Assembly (NCBI GenBank): GCA_029932985.1
Contig: JAOZPA010000002.1
Span: 1-48,194 of the forward strand
DNA length: 48,194 bases
DNA from: Campylobacterales bacterium
GTDB lineage: Bacteria; Campylobacterota; Campylobacteria; Campylobacterales; JAOZPA01
Direction of reading: 5' to 3'
In this document: one piece after another, positions 8,233 to 17,463 of the stretch
Layout of the letters: each line of letters opens with the position of its first letter
Numbering within the stretch: the first letter of the stretch is position 1
The notes under the pieces: generated by a model
Told to the model about the DNA's origin: nothing
The model's input: the letters and a program-made list of their open reading frames with translations, nothing else
The model's database searches: none
Program-made: the position numbers and the translations under genes

Positions 8233-10206
8233 ATGGCAGTTATTAATATAAAAACCAGTTTAAAAGAGAGTTTGGCAATTTTGAGTGAAAAAGAGTATGG
8301 AGCGAAGTTTTTTAAGGCGGATTTGCATTTTCATACACCAGCTTCTGAGGATGCGAGGGGAAGTAATCGTTATAATTTTAATCCATATAAAAATGTAAAA
8401 TATCCTCCTCACGATTATTCGTGGGAGCATCACGAGAAGATTCAGGCGATTCAAAATGAGGTTTTAAAAGATGCTAAGAAGTTGGCTAAAGAGATGGTGG
8501 AGCAGTTTTTAGCTAAGGGGTTGTCGCTGGTTGCGGTTACTGACCATAATGGAATTGGTACGATTTGGGCGGATGCTAGAGATACGGTGAGAACGAGTAT
8601 GGATTTGGCAGCTCCCACTTGGTATGAGTTGATTTGTGATGAGGCGGAGAAGATTAATCACGAGTTGGGCAAGAAAAAGATTACGATTTTGGCGGGGGTT
8701 GAAATAAGTACGGTAGGTGTGCATATTTTGGCGATTTTTCCACCACACAATCCTCCACGGAAAATTCATTTTATCATTTCGGAGCTTTTAAATGAGATTG
8801 GTTTTTCGATTGATGAGATGGGGCGAAATCCAAAAGTGGGCAAGGCAAGTATCTATAATACGATTGAGTTGATTCATCAAAAGGGTGGTTTGCCAATTAT
8901 TGCACATATTGATGGGAGTGACCAAGCTTTGTTGAAAAATTATGAATTAACTTCGGGGGCAATGAAAAATGTGCTGTTGCATAAGAATCTTCAAGCGGTG
9001 GAGATTGTGAAGCCTAGACGTTTTACCAGAAAAGATAGGAAACTCAAAAAAACTGTTGACCAGTGGATTCAAACTCTGCGAAAAAAAAAGAATCTGTCGG
9101 GAATTGCATATTTTCAGGGTTCAGATGCCCACGACCTAAAAAGTATTGCTAAACGGTTCACCTATGTCAAGATGACTGAGCCTACTTATGGGGGATTGAT
9201 TAATGCGATTAATTCACCCTCTTCACGGGTGAGGGTCTCGGAACTTTATGAGCCTCCTCAAAATAAACTTTTTATCCACGGACTAGAGATAAAGAGTAAA
9301 TATTTTGGTCATCAATATATCCGTTTTAATCGTCATTTAAACTGTCTGATTGGGCGGAAAGAGTCGGGCAAATCCTATTTTTTTAAGTTGATGCAAAAGG
9401 CTATTGGTAAATCTACCGTAGATGGTGATGCTACCCTGTTTATTGAAAATATAGTGGATGGTCGGTCGATTTTATATGCTTTTAATAGTGCTAAAAATAG
9501 TTTGTATCGGGTCAAAAAGTCTCGGGGACGGACATATATTAGAGAGTTAAAAAATGATTCGCCAGAGATGGAAGCATTGAAGCCGAAGTTTTTTAATGCC
9601 GATAAGATTAATCTGTTGATTAGTTCTAGTGAAAAAATTAATGCTTTTTTGATTAAAAAATTTGGAAATCCCACTATCACAAATATCAATAGATTTAATA
9701 GAATTTTTGCAATTCCTCAAATGCTTTCGGGCGAAGATGAAAGTTTTTTGATGGTCAAAAATGTACGAGGCAAATATCAACTTCTTCATAATATCAATTG
9801 GCGAAGTGGCAAAAGGCTTAAAAATATCAATTTTTTTAAATTAAGTAATAGTATCCGTCGGATTATGATTATTGCGATGTTGGTGGTGGATAATCTCAAT
9901 GGTCCGCTGATTATCGATGCCCCTGAGGAGTATTTTGATAATGAAGATATTGCGAACTATCTCATACCGATAATCACTCAATACAAAAATACTCAACAGA
10001 TAATAATCTCTACTGGTAGCTCCATTTTGGCGGTCAACTCTGACCCTGAGAATTATATCATTTTAAATACATCTATGAATAAATTTCAAAGCATCGAATC
10101 AGGTTTTGCAATCGATAAACAATCTCAAAAAGAGCGAATTATCCGTTTGGTAGAGGGGAATGTGAAAGCATTTCAAAAAAGAGCAATTCGTTATAATGAA
10201 AATTAA
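8233..10206 (+). CDS. PHP-domain phosphoesterase fused to an SMC/ABC-type ATPase (Ppl / TrlF-like single-gene defence candidate)
   Basis: N-terminal PHP motifs: DLHFHTPASED, AVTDHN, GVEIST, IIAHIDGSD, GSDAHD. C-terminal ATPase: SMC-like head LFIHGLEIKSKYFG..FNRHLNCLIGRKESGKSYFF (Walker A), signature-like KLSNSIRR, and Walker B LIIDAPEEYFDNEDI. Confidence 0.7.
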   Translation: MAVINIKTSLKESLAILSEKEYGAKFFKADLHFHTPASEDARGSNRYNFNPYKNVKYPPHDYSWEHHEKIQAIQNEVLKDAKKLAKEMVEQFLAKGLSLVAVTDHNGIGTIWADARDTVRTSMDLAAPTWYELICDEAEKINHELGKKKITILAGVEISTVGVHILAIFPPHNPPRKIHFIISELLNEIGFSIDEMGRNPKVGKASIYNTIELIHQKGGLPIIAHIDGSDQALLKNYELTSGAMKNVLLHKNLQAVEIVKPRRFTRKDRKLKKTVDQWIQTLRKKKNLSGIAYFQGSDAHDLKSIAKRFTYVKMTEPTYGGLINAINSPSSRVRVSELYEPPQNKLFIHGLEIKSKYFGHQYIRFNRHLNCLIGRKESGKSYFFKLMQKAIGKSTVDGDATLFIENIVDGRSILYAFNSAKNSLYRVKKSRGRTYIRELKNDSPEMEALKPKFFNADKINLLISSSEKINAFLIKKFGNPTITNINRFNRIFAIPQMLSGEDESFLMVKNVRGKYQLLHNINWRSGKRLKNINFFKLSNSIRRIMIIAMLVVDNLNGPLIIDAPEEYFDNEDIANYLIPIITQYKNTQQIIISTGSSILAVNSDPENYIILNTSMNKFQSIESGFAIDKQSQKERIIRLVEGNVKAFQKRAIRYNEN

Positions 10207-10285
10207 TTTGGATTATTTTTAGGCAAAAGTACCATATCATCTCTCTTTTGAGGTGATAATTTGCCAATTAAAAGAAAGGAAAATT

Positions 10286-11500
10286 ATGAAAATAATAAAG
10301 GTAAAATATATTTTGAGATGTGATGAAAATTTTGAAATTATTGAGGATGGAGCAGTTGTATATAATGAAAAGATAATTGATTATGGTGAAAGTGATTTTA
10401 TCATCAAAAAATATCCAGATTTAGAGGTGTGTGATTATGAAAATTCTATCTTGATGCCCTCGCTTATCAACCCTCATCTGCATCTGGAATTTTCGGCAAA
10501 CAAAACTACACTTACCTATGGAGATTTTATAGAGTGGCTAAAAAGTGTGATAACATATCGTGAAGAGTTGATTGAAAGTTGTCATGAAAAGTGTATGGAT
10601 GAGGCGATTAAGAGTTGTAAAATCTCTGGTGTAGGGGCGATTGGGGCGGTTAGTAGCTATGGATTTGATTTGCAATCTTGTGTAAATTCCAATATAAAAG
10701 TGGTTTATTTCAATGAAATTTTAGGCTCTAGGTCGGATATGTTGGATGCTTTGCTAAATGATTTCAACGATAGAGTTTATACATCTTTGCAATATAAATC
10801 AAAACTTTTTACCCCAGCGGTGGCGATTCACTCACCCTATTCAACTCATCCACTTTTGGCAAAAAGAGCGATTGAGAGTGCAAAATTTCAAAATATGGTG
10901 GTTTCAACCCATTTTATGGAGTCTGTTGCGGAGCGGAAATGGCTAGATGAGGGGCTAGGTGATTTTCAAGATTTTTTTAAATTATTTTTGCCAAATAGTA
11001 AACCATTAACTTCAGCTTTGGATTATTTAGCACTTTTTAAAGAGGTCAAAACTCTTTTTACCCATTGTGTTTATGCAAATCAAGCGGAGATTTCACAAAT
11101 GAAAAAGATGGGATGTATTACCCATTGCCCAACCTCAAATCGCCTTTTGGGGGCTAAAAAATTGGATATAAAAGATTTAGAAAATTTGACCATAGGAACA
11201 GATGGACTTAGCTCAAATAACTCTTTAAATCTTTGGGATGAATTGCGAACGGCATTGATGATTCATAATGAGTTTGAGGTGAATGATTTAGCCAAAAAAC
11301 TTTTAAAATCGGTGACTTTAAATGGGGCAAAAGCTTTAAATCTAAATAGTGGTCAAATTGCAAAAGGGAAATATGCTGATATGATACTTGTGCAGGGGCT
11401 AGGTGAGATAGAGGATATAGATACGATTGCAACTTCATTGATTTTGCATACGAAAAAAGTTGAAAAATTATTTGTAAATGGTGAGACTATTTGTATTTAA
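10286..11500 (+). CDS. amidohydrolase-superfamily enzyme (chlorohydrolase / aminofutalosine- or MTA-deaminase-like)
   Basis: Metal-binding LINPHLHLEFS, later HSPYS, HFMES and GTDG blocks. ATG at 10286 follows AAAGGAAAATT; the track ORF begins at an upstream GTG (10253). Confidence 0.75.
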   Translation: MKIIKVKYILRCDENFEIIEDGAVVYNEKIIDYGESDFIIKKYPDLEVCDYENSILMPSLINPHLHLEFSANKTTLTYGDFIEWLKSVITYREELIESCHEKCMDEAIKSCKISGVGAIGAVSSYGFDLQSCVNSNIKVVYFNEILGSRSDMLDALLNDFNDRVYTSLQYKSKLFTPAVAIHSPYSTHPLLAKRAIESAKFQNMVVSTHFMESVAERKWLDEGLGDFQDFFKLFLPNSKPLTSALDYLALFKEVKTLFTHCVYANQAEISQMKKMGCITHCPTSNRLLGAKKLDIKDLENLTIGTDGLSSNNSLNLWDELRTALMIHNEFEVNDLAKKLLKSVTLNGAKALNLNSGQIAKGKYADMILVQGLGEIEDIDTIATSLILHTKKVEKLFVNGETICI

Positions 11501-11813
11501 AAGCATCAAAACTCACCGTAAAGAAATAGTTGTCATCTGTCACTTGCCACTTTAGATTATAGTTCACTACACCGTGCCAATTTAATTTTTGGCAGATGAT
11601 ATTTTTGATATAGCTCTTAACCTCTGTATCATTTTGTAGAAATGCTTGTGAAAAAGTGAGTTTAGTCAGATTTTTTTGAGAAATTTCAATCTCATTATAG
11701 TACCAACCATCTTGAGGTGAGAGTAACATCGTATTGTGATTTGGTGGTGAGGTGTGAATTTCGCACGAAAATAAAATCGTGCTTAACAAAAAAGAGATAT
11801 ATAAAAATTTCAC
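11487..11813 (-). CDS. small secreted hypothetical protein
   Basis: 108 aa with signal-like N-terminus MKFLYISFLLSTILFSC. It abuts the upstream TPR gene. No recognisable domain. Confidence 0.45.
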   Translation of the reverse strand: MKFLYISFLLSTILFSCEIHTSPPNHNTMLLSPQDGWYYNEIEISQKNLTKLTFSQAFLQNDTEVKSYIKNIICQKLNWHGVVNYNLKWQVTDDNYFFTVSFDAFKYK

Positions 11814-12769
11814 TATTTTGTCTCTTTTGGAAGATAGGACTTAAAAATTTTCACTATATTTTTAAGTCTATTTTTTCTCTCAGTATCCATCTTTTCAATC
11901 CACTCATCGATAAAATCAAATGACCAATTTTCAAGAACTCTATCTTTATTTACCTTTTGCCATCTTTTCAACATCAACTCCTGCGAACTCTCCTCAGTGA
12001 TATATAAAATCTCCAAAAGCTCCACAAACATTACAAACTCTTTTTCATTTAGATATTTAGCCTTATAAAACTCCATCTCTTCAAAGAAAAATTTATCTGT
12101 CACTAAACTTAATTCAAACTTATTTATAAGTGACAAAGTCAAAACATTATCAACCTTATCTCTATTTTTCAGTACCTCAATCACTTTATCATAACTCTCA
12201 ATCGATTTAGGAAAATTCCCCAACAAACCATAAAGATAACCTATACTATAAAAAACTTCATATTTAACCTCAACATCTTTAATCTTAGTTATATCATTTG
12301 CCTCAGCCCACGCCAAAAGCTCATAATTTGTATCAATCGCCTTTTGAAACTCCTCTTTATCCTGATAAATTCGTGAACACATCGCATAAGAGTAACTTAT
12401 CAAATCTATAAAAGAGTTGTTATATGAGAATATCTCAAATTTTGATTTAAAATCTTTAAAAATCTTCAAAGCTTCATCTATCTTTTCAAGATTCCACAAA
12501 TCTGTCGCCTTAGATATATAAGCAAAAGCTACAAATTTTGCAAATTGATTATCTATCTTATATTTATCAATAATCAGCTGATTTATATCTATCGCCTTTT
12601 GAAAATCACCCCTTTTCCTATGCTTTGAAGTTTCGTCATTTAATTTCTGAATATAAATAAGCTCCTTCAATTTCTCCGCATCCTCACTATTGATTTTCAA
12701 ATCAAGGTTAGCTTCCAGCCCCCCAACAAAAAAAACTACCAAACTCATATATAAAAATATTTTTCTCAT
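11813..12769 (-). CDS. secreted TPR-like repeat protein
   Basis: Signal peptide MRKIFLYMSLVVFFVGG and repeated helical A..Y/F..A motifs. I place the start at ATG 12769, because GGAGG lies 5 nt upstream; the track TTG at 12781 overlaps that Shine-Dalgarno. Confidence 0.55.
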   Translation of the reverse strand: MRKIFLYMSLVVFFVGGLEANLDLKINSEDAEKLKELIYIQKLNDETSKHRKRGDFQKAIDINQLIIDKYKIDNQFAKFVAFAYISKATDLWNLEKIDEALKIFKDFKSKFEIFSYNNSFIDLISYSYAMCSRIYQDKEEFQKAIDTNYELLAWAEANDITKIKDVEVKYEVFYSIGYLYGLLGNFPKSIESYDKVIEVLKNRDKVDNVLTLSLINKFELSLVTDKFFFEEMEFYKAKYLNEKEFVMFVELLEILYITEESSQELMLKRWQKVNKDRVLENWSFDFIDEWIEKMDTERKNRLKNIVKIFKSYLPKETK

Positions 12770-12903
12770 AAAACCCTCCAATTAATTTAAATGTTTCAAA
12801 AAAGCTAAATTATACCGAAAATGAGATAATTTTCTGATAAAAACCTAAATTTAAACTATACTTTGATAAACTTAATCCCAAATTTTGACGAAAAAGGATA
12901 TTT

Positions 12904-13425
12904 ATGAAAAGATTTATGCTATTTTTACTTTTGGCAACTTCGGTTTTTGCTAAAGATATGATTGCAGTTTTGGAGACCACACAGGGAACAATTGAGATAA
13001 AACTATACCCAGAAATTGCCCCAAAAGCGGTAGAAAATTTTACAACTCATATTAAAAATGGTTACTATAATGGTTTGATTTTTCACAGAATTATCAAAAG
13101 TTTTATGATTCAAGGTGGAGACCCAACAGGCTCAGGAACTGGTGGAGAGTCTATTTGGAAAAAAGATTTTGAAGATGAGTTTAAACCAAATATTGTTTTT
13201 GATAAATCTGGAATCTTGGCGATGGCAAACCGTGGACGAAACACAAATGGAAGCCAATTTTTTATCACTACAAAACCAACTCCGTGGTTAAATGGAGCTC
13301 ATACAATTTTTGGTGAAGTTGTAAAGGGTATGGATGTTGTGATGAAACTTGATAATGTAAAAGTTAGTAGAGGAATGAATAAACCATTAACAGAGCAAAA
13401 AATTATTAAAGCTTCTGTAAAATAG
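12904..13425 (+). CDS. cyclophilin-type peptidyl-prolyl cis-trans isomerase, secreted
   Basis: FHRIIKSFMIQGGDPTGSGTGGESIW and NTNGSQFFIT blocks. Signal peptide MKRFMLFLLLATSVFA. Confidence 0.92.
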   Translation: MKRFMLFLLLATSVFAKDMIAVLETTQGTIEIKLYPEIAPKAVENFTTHIKNGYYNGLIFHRIIKSFMIQGGDPTGSGTGGESIWKKDFEDEFKPNIVFDKSGILAMANRGRNTNGSQFFITTKPTPWLNGAHTIFGEVVKGMDVVMKLDNVKVSRGMNKPLTEQKIIKASVK

Positions 13426-13466
13426 CCTTTAGTCCCCAAACAAAAATTTTTGTTTGGGGACTAAGG
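13426..13466 (+). terminator. long near-perfect palindrome after the PPIase gene (putative terminator)
   Basis: CCTTTAGTCCCCAAACAAAAA / TTTTTGTTTGGGGACTAAGG, about 20 bp per arm with one bulged T. It starts directly after the stop codon. There is no classical U-tract. Confidence 0.5.
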
Positions 13467-13480
13467 ATTAGAAATTAAAT
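13456..13480 (+). repeat. 25-nt direct repeat, copy 1 (GGGGACTAAGGATTAGAAATTAAAT)
   Basis: 24/25 identical to 30223-30247. Its 3' 17 nt recur inverted at 13607-13623 (16/17) and again at 13641-13660 with a 3-nt insertion. Confidence 0.75.
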
Positions 13481-13638
13481 AACATCCAATTTTTATCGCC
13501 AACTAACAGCACATCTTTGAATGAAATTTTTCGCCAATTACTCCAGTAGTTAGGCAAAAAACTTAATCCAAATCTGCACTATTATTTTTCATAAAAATCG
13601 TAACTTATTTAATTTCTATTCCTAAAGCAAAATTCTAA

Positions 13639-14907
13639 TTAGGATTTATAGAAATTAAAATTATTTTTTCCGCTATTTTTAACTTTGTACATAGCTTTAT
13701 CTGCTTGTTTTATTAATTTTTCTTTTGTTTGTGCATTTTGTGGAAAAAAGGAGATACCAATACTGATACCAATCTTGATTTCTAAATCATCTACATAATA
13801 GGTGGCACTAATGGAGGAGATAATTTTTTGAACTATTTTGATAAGGTCGTTCTCTTTTTTGATGTGTTCAAGGACGGCGATAAATTCGTCACCCCCATAT
13901 CTGGCGATTGTATCATTTTCACGGAGGGAGTTTTGGAGTCTTTTTGTAATTAATTTTAAGATTTCATCTCCAATATCGTGACCAAAATTGTCATTTATAG
14001 GTTTAAATCCATCGATATCCATAAATAATAGTGCAAACATCTCATCTTTTTCTTTGGCTTGAAATTGTATCTCTTCGAGTGCCATATCTAAACCAAATCG
14101 ATTTAAAAGTCCAGTGAGAATATCGCTAGATGCAATTTTTTCATATTTCTCTTTTTCTGCATTTTGTAGGGTTAAATCATGAGCAAAAACGATAATTTCT
14201 TGGAGTTTATTATTTTCAATTATGGGGACAAAAGTGGAATTTGTATAGATTATTTTTTTATCTTTATCCAAAAAATTTAAGCTTTGATTAAAAACCATAC
14301 CTTGGGTCAAAAATTCACAAGCGGTTTTTTTATCAAAATCACTCTCCGTATTTAAAATCGTGACAAAATCATTGTTATTATCAATATTGAAATTACAGCT
14401 TACCAGTTCACTAAAACTGCTATTTACATAGATTAATTTCATATCAGAGTTTAAAAAAATCATAGGAATGTTATCCTCTGCGGCTTTTTTGTATCTATTT
14501 ATAATAATATCTTTATGGTTATTTTCTCGAACTAGTAGCTCATTCATATTTCGATTTTGTGTGAGAATCTGCTCTTTTAATTTTAATTTAGTATTATCTT
14601 CAAAAATAAAAACAACCTCAGGTAAATTTTCCACTTTTTTCGCAAAAATATTTAGATAATAATCATCTCTTTTGACCGTATGTAGCTCAAAAACATCCTC
14701 TTTATTGATAAAAAGTTTCTCTATATCATCTTCAAATCCCACAAGTTCATAAAAACTTTCTCGAATATCATCACCAATCTCTACACCTATATCAAGATAT
14801 TCTATGATAGTTTTTGAAAAATCTTGCACTACAAAATCTCTATTAATCACTACATATTCTAACTTATATCTCTCAATAATTACTTTATACACATCGCTAT
14901 ATTTCAT
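13639..14907 (-). CDS. diguanylate cyclase (GGDEF) with N-terminal PAS-like sensory region
   Basis: C-terminal GGDEF domain: DILTGLLNRFG, FMDIDGFKPINDNFGHDIGD, RYGGDEFIAV. The start overlaps the GTPase stop (ATGA). Confidence 0.85.
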   Translation of the reverse strand: MKYSDVYKVIIERYKLEYVVINRDFVVQDFSKTIIEYLDIGVEIGDDIRESFYELVGFEDDIEKLFINKEDVFELHTVKRDDYYLNIFAKKVENLPEVVFIFEDNTKLKLKEQILTQNRNMNELLVRENNHKDIIINRYKKAAEDNIPMIFLNSDMKLIYVNSSFSELVSCNFNIDNNNDFVTILNTESDFDKKTACEFLTQGMVFNQSLNFLDKDKKIIYTNSTFVPIIENNKLQEIIVFAHDLTLQNAEKEKYEKIASSDILTGLLNRFGLDMALEEIQFQAKEKDEMFALLFMDIDGFKPINDNFGHDIGDEILKLITKRLQNSLRENDTIARYGGDEFIAVLEHIKKENDLIKIVQKIISSISATYYVDDLEIKIGISIGISFFPQNAQTKEKLIKQADKAMYKVKNSGKNNFNFYKS

Positions 14908-15401
14908 TTTATCTCTTTTGCAATCTTGAAAAACATCTCTTCTACCTCTTCACCAGTTTTGGCTGAGGTGTAAAAACTACCCTTAATTTGAGGGTATTGA
15001 GACTTTAGCTCCTCTATATTTGCCCTAAAATCAGGCTCTAAATCAATTTTATTAAAAACAAGTACAGATGGAATCTCTTTAACCACACTATTGCAAATTC
15101 GGATATGCTCTTTTATCTGTTCTGGATATTTTTTGTCTTGGACATCTATGACAATAATTGCTCCATGCGCCCCTCTTGCATATATGGTATTTATCGGTTT
15201 GATTTTTGTCGCCCCCTCAATATCCCATATCAAAAGAGTTGCCTTTTGGTCATATATTTGCACATTTTTTTTGGAAATCTTGACCCCTATTGTACTAATA
15301 TAATCATCACTAAAACTATTTTCTACAAATCTTTTGATAAGACTTGTTTTTCCAACAGAAAAGTTTCCAATAAGAATAACTTTTTTTTGTATCTTAATCA
15401 T
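14904..15401 (-). CDS. Ras/Rab-like small GTPase
   Basis: G1 GNFSVGKT, G2 Thr in YISTIG, G3 WDIEGA, G4 NKID, G5 TSAK. I place the start at ATG 15401, which forms an ATGA overlap with the upstream stop; the track uses TTG at 15419. Confidence 0.8.
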   Translation of the reverse strand: MIKIQKKVILIGNFSVGKTSLIKRFVENSFSDDYISTIGVKISKKNVQIYDQKATLLIWDIEGATKIKPINTIYARGAHGAIIVIDVQDKKYPEQIKEHIRICNSVVKEIPSVLVFNKIDLEPDFRANIEELKSQYPQIKGSFYTSAKTGEEVEEMFFKIAKEIK

Positions 15402-16984
15402 TTTTTTATTAACTCCCAACTAAATATCACACATCGTGATAACTCTTTTTGTTTTTTTGTGGATAAAATCAATATCTCTTTAGGCTCAGAAGCGACAGAA
15501 TCAAGTATAAATTTATCTCTATTAATCCCTCTTTTGACCAACTCCTCTTTTACCATCTCTGCTCTATTTAAAGATAATTTTTTATTTACAAGAGTTGAAC
15601 CTATCTCATTTGTGTATCCTGTGATTCTTACATAATATTGAGTGTATTGTAACATTATTTTTGCATATTTATCTAAAAGAATCTTATATTTATCTTTTAT
15701 TTTAAATTCGTTATTATCAAAATAGATTTGTTTTTCAAAAATAGGTAAAGTTTCAATCTGGAAATTAAAATTTTCTAATCCATAAATATTTTTGATTATA
15801 GAGATTAATGAATTTTTTCTTTTTTTATCTGCCACAATCCCCTTTATTGAAATATATTTCAAACTATTATCAAATTTATATTCAATATCACTACCCTCTA
15901 TTTTATTAAATATTTTTATACTTTTATCTACCTCTTTTTGAATTTGTGTAGTGACCAATGAACTTTCTATGGAAGTGACTCTATTTTTGATTTTAAGTCT
16001 GGAGTTTTGAAGTTTGAAGTTTAAGTTTTCTAAATCATTATCACTCATAACAAAACCATTAACTGAAATTTTATTATTTTTAAGTTTTGAAATCTCCATA
16101 TCATAAATTTTAACATCTTTTAAATTATCTATAAAAATATCTCTTTTTTTCTCAATAACTAAATTTTCACGATATTCTTGAATAAACCAAAATGTGGGAA
16201 TTAAAAATAATATAAATAATACTAGTTTACTTAAAAAAGGAATTTTGCCTTTGGTTTTTTTGTGATTTTCTTTAATATCAAAAAGAGTTAATAGAGTTGT
16301 ACTTATCTCTTTAATATCTAATTTTGTAATATCTCCATCGAATTTACCGATTTGATAACCAAAAATTTCTATAATATATTCAAGCACTTTCGAGATTTTA
16401 TTTTTGACCATAAATTCAGGAGTCCCTCGCATCACCACCGCCAAATAACAGCTCCCTGCAGATTCTATATAGATAGAGGAGTTGCCATATTCGATAGTAT
16501 TAACCTCACCCATCTTTGTATTTTCAGCCACCCATTCATTGACAAAGCTTCTGATGGCACTAAGCATTGAGGCAACCATCTCTGGCTCTTTGATTTTTGT
16601 GGTGTGGTCTCGATATAGGTCAATCATCAATAAACCACTCTCTTTATGGATTAAAAAAATAGTGTCAATTCTGACAATAAGAGAATCTTTAAGTAAAAGC
16701 TCAATTTCACTAATACCCAAAAATTTGGCTTTTATTTTTCTAATAAATGCTTTGATAAAAACCATCAGCTTCATCTTTTCATTTAAATCATACATAAAAT
16801 CCTTAAACGATTCCCCCACATATCTACTTATCATATTTCCCATAATAGGGTACAAAGCATCTATCACTTTCTCTTTATTGTTACTCTCCTCCTCCAAAAT
16901 TGCAATTCGCTTTTTCAGTTGAGCAATAGAATTTATCTCCTCTTCAAGAATAAGATTTTTTAATCTCTTTAGCTCTTCACTCAT
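15398..16984 (-). CDS. membrane protein: cytoplasmic coiled-coil + possible Roadblock/LC7-like module, one TM segment, two BON-like repeats, OmpA/MotB-like C-terminal domain
   Basis: TM segment LVLFILFLIPTFWFI. BON-like ISVNGFVMSDNDLENL and ISIKGIVADKKRKNSLISIIKNIYGL. OmpA-like VRITGYTNEIGSTLVNKKLSLNRAEMVKEELVKRGI. The Roadblock-like call (SSIYIESAGSCYLAVVMRG) is tentative. Confidence 0.65.
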   Translation of the reverse strand: MSEELKRLKNLILEEEINSIAQLKKRIAILEEESNNKEKVIDALYPIMGNMISRYVGESFKDFMYDLNEKMKLMVFIKAFIRKIKAKFLGISEIELLLKDSLIVRIDTIFLIHKESGLLMIDLYRDHTTKIKEPEMVASMLSAIRSFVNEWVAENTKMGEVNTIEYGNSSIYIESAGSCYLAVVMRGTPEFMVKNKISKVLEYIIEIFGYQIGKFDGDITKLDIKEISTTLLTLFDIKENHKKTKGKIPFLSKLVLFILFLIPTFWFIQEYRENLVIEKKRDIFIDNLKDVKIYDMEISKLKNNKISVNGFVMSDNDLENLNFKLQNSRLKIKNRVTSIESSLVTTQIQKEVDKSIKIFNKIEGSDIEYKFDNSLKYISIKGIVADKKRKNSLISIIKNIYGLENFNFQIETLPIFEKQIYFDNNEFKIKDKYKILLDKYAKIMLQYTQYYVRITGYTNEIGSTLVNKKLSLNRAEMVKEELVKRGINRDKFILDSVASEPKEILILSTKKQKELSRCVIFSWELIKK

Positions 16985-17463
16985 TTTTTTATTTTATTTT
17001 TTATCTCACTTACCAAAGTTGTATTTTTAAGCTTAACCGCACTCTCAAAAAACATTGAAGCCAAACTTGCCTTAGAAACGCTATTTTCAATTAGATGAGT
17101 ATTTACCTCATTTAATTTATCATCAAATGTAGTTCTAAGAGAATCCAATGACTCACTCACAAACTCTTTTTGAATTGACTGCTCTTTTTTCATACTATTT
17201 ATCTCTGCACTAGTGATATTTTTATGAGCTTTAAATCGATTATCAGTTTTTTCCTCTAAAGCCTTAAATTTATCTGAATAATGAGTATCTAGCTGGTTAA
17301 TAATTCCCTTGATACTTTTTGAGAAAGTGTTAAGTTCCCGTCGCATATCTTCACGAAGCTCCACAATTTTTCTATTTAACTGTCGAAACTCCGTTTTATT
17401 CTCCTTCTCTAAAGCTCCAAAAAGCAACTCCCGAATCTCCTCCATATCATTAACATCTTTCAT
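16981..17463 (-). CDS. coiled-coil hypothetical protein (first gene of the GTPase operon)
   Basis: Heptad-rich, charged sequence. ATG at 17463 is preceded by GGAGG with 5-nt spacing; the track start at 17502 is less likely. The stop overlaps the next start (ATGA). Confidence 0.5.
   Translation of the reverse strand: MKDVNDMEEIRELLFGALEKENKTEFRQLNRKIVELREDMRRELNTFSKSIKGIINQLDTHYSDKFKALEEKTDNRFKAHKNITSAEINSMKKEQSIQKEFVSESLDSLRTTFDDKLNEVNTHLIENSVSKASLASMFFESAVKLKNTTLVSEIKNKIKK

Noticed and set aside
8233-11500. A possible RADAR-like pairing of a large ATPase (the PHP-ATPase) with an adjacent deaminase-fold amidohydrolase.
   Set aside because: The amidohydrolase is about 400 aa with the ordinary chlorohydrolase/futalosine-pathway-type motif set, and it has its own Shine-Dalgarno after a 79-nt gap. 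The ATPase is SMC/ABC-like rather than RdrA-like. Adjacency alone is not evidence, and I regard the deaminase-like gene as housekeeping.
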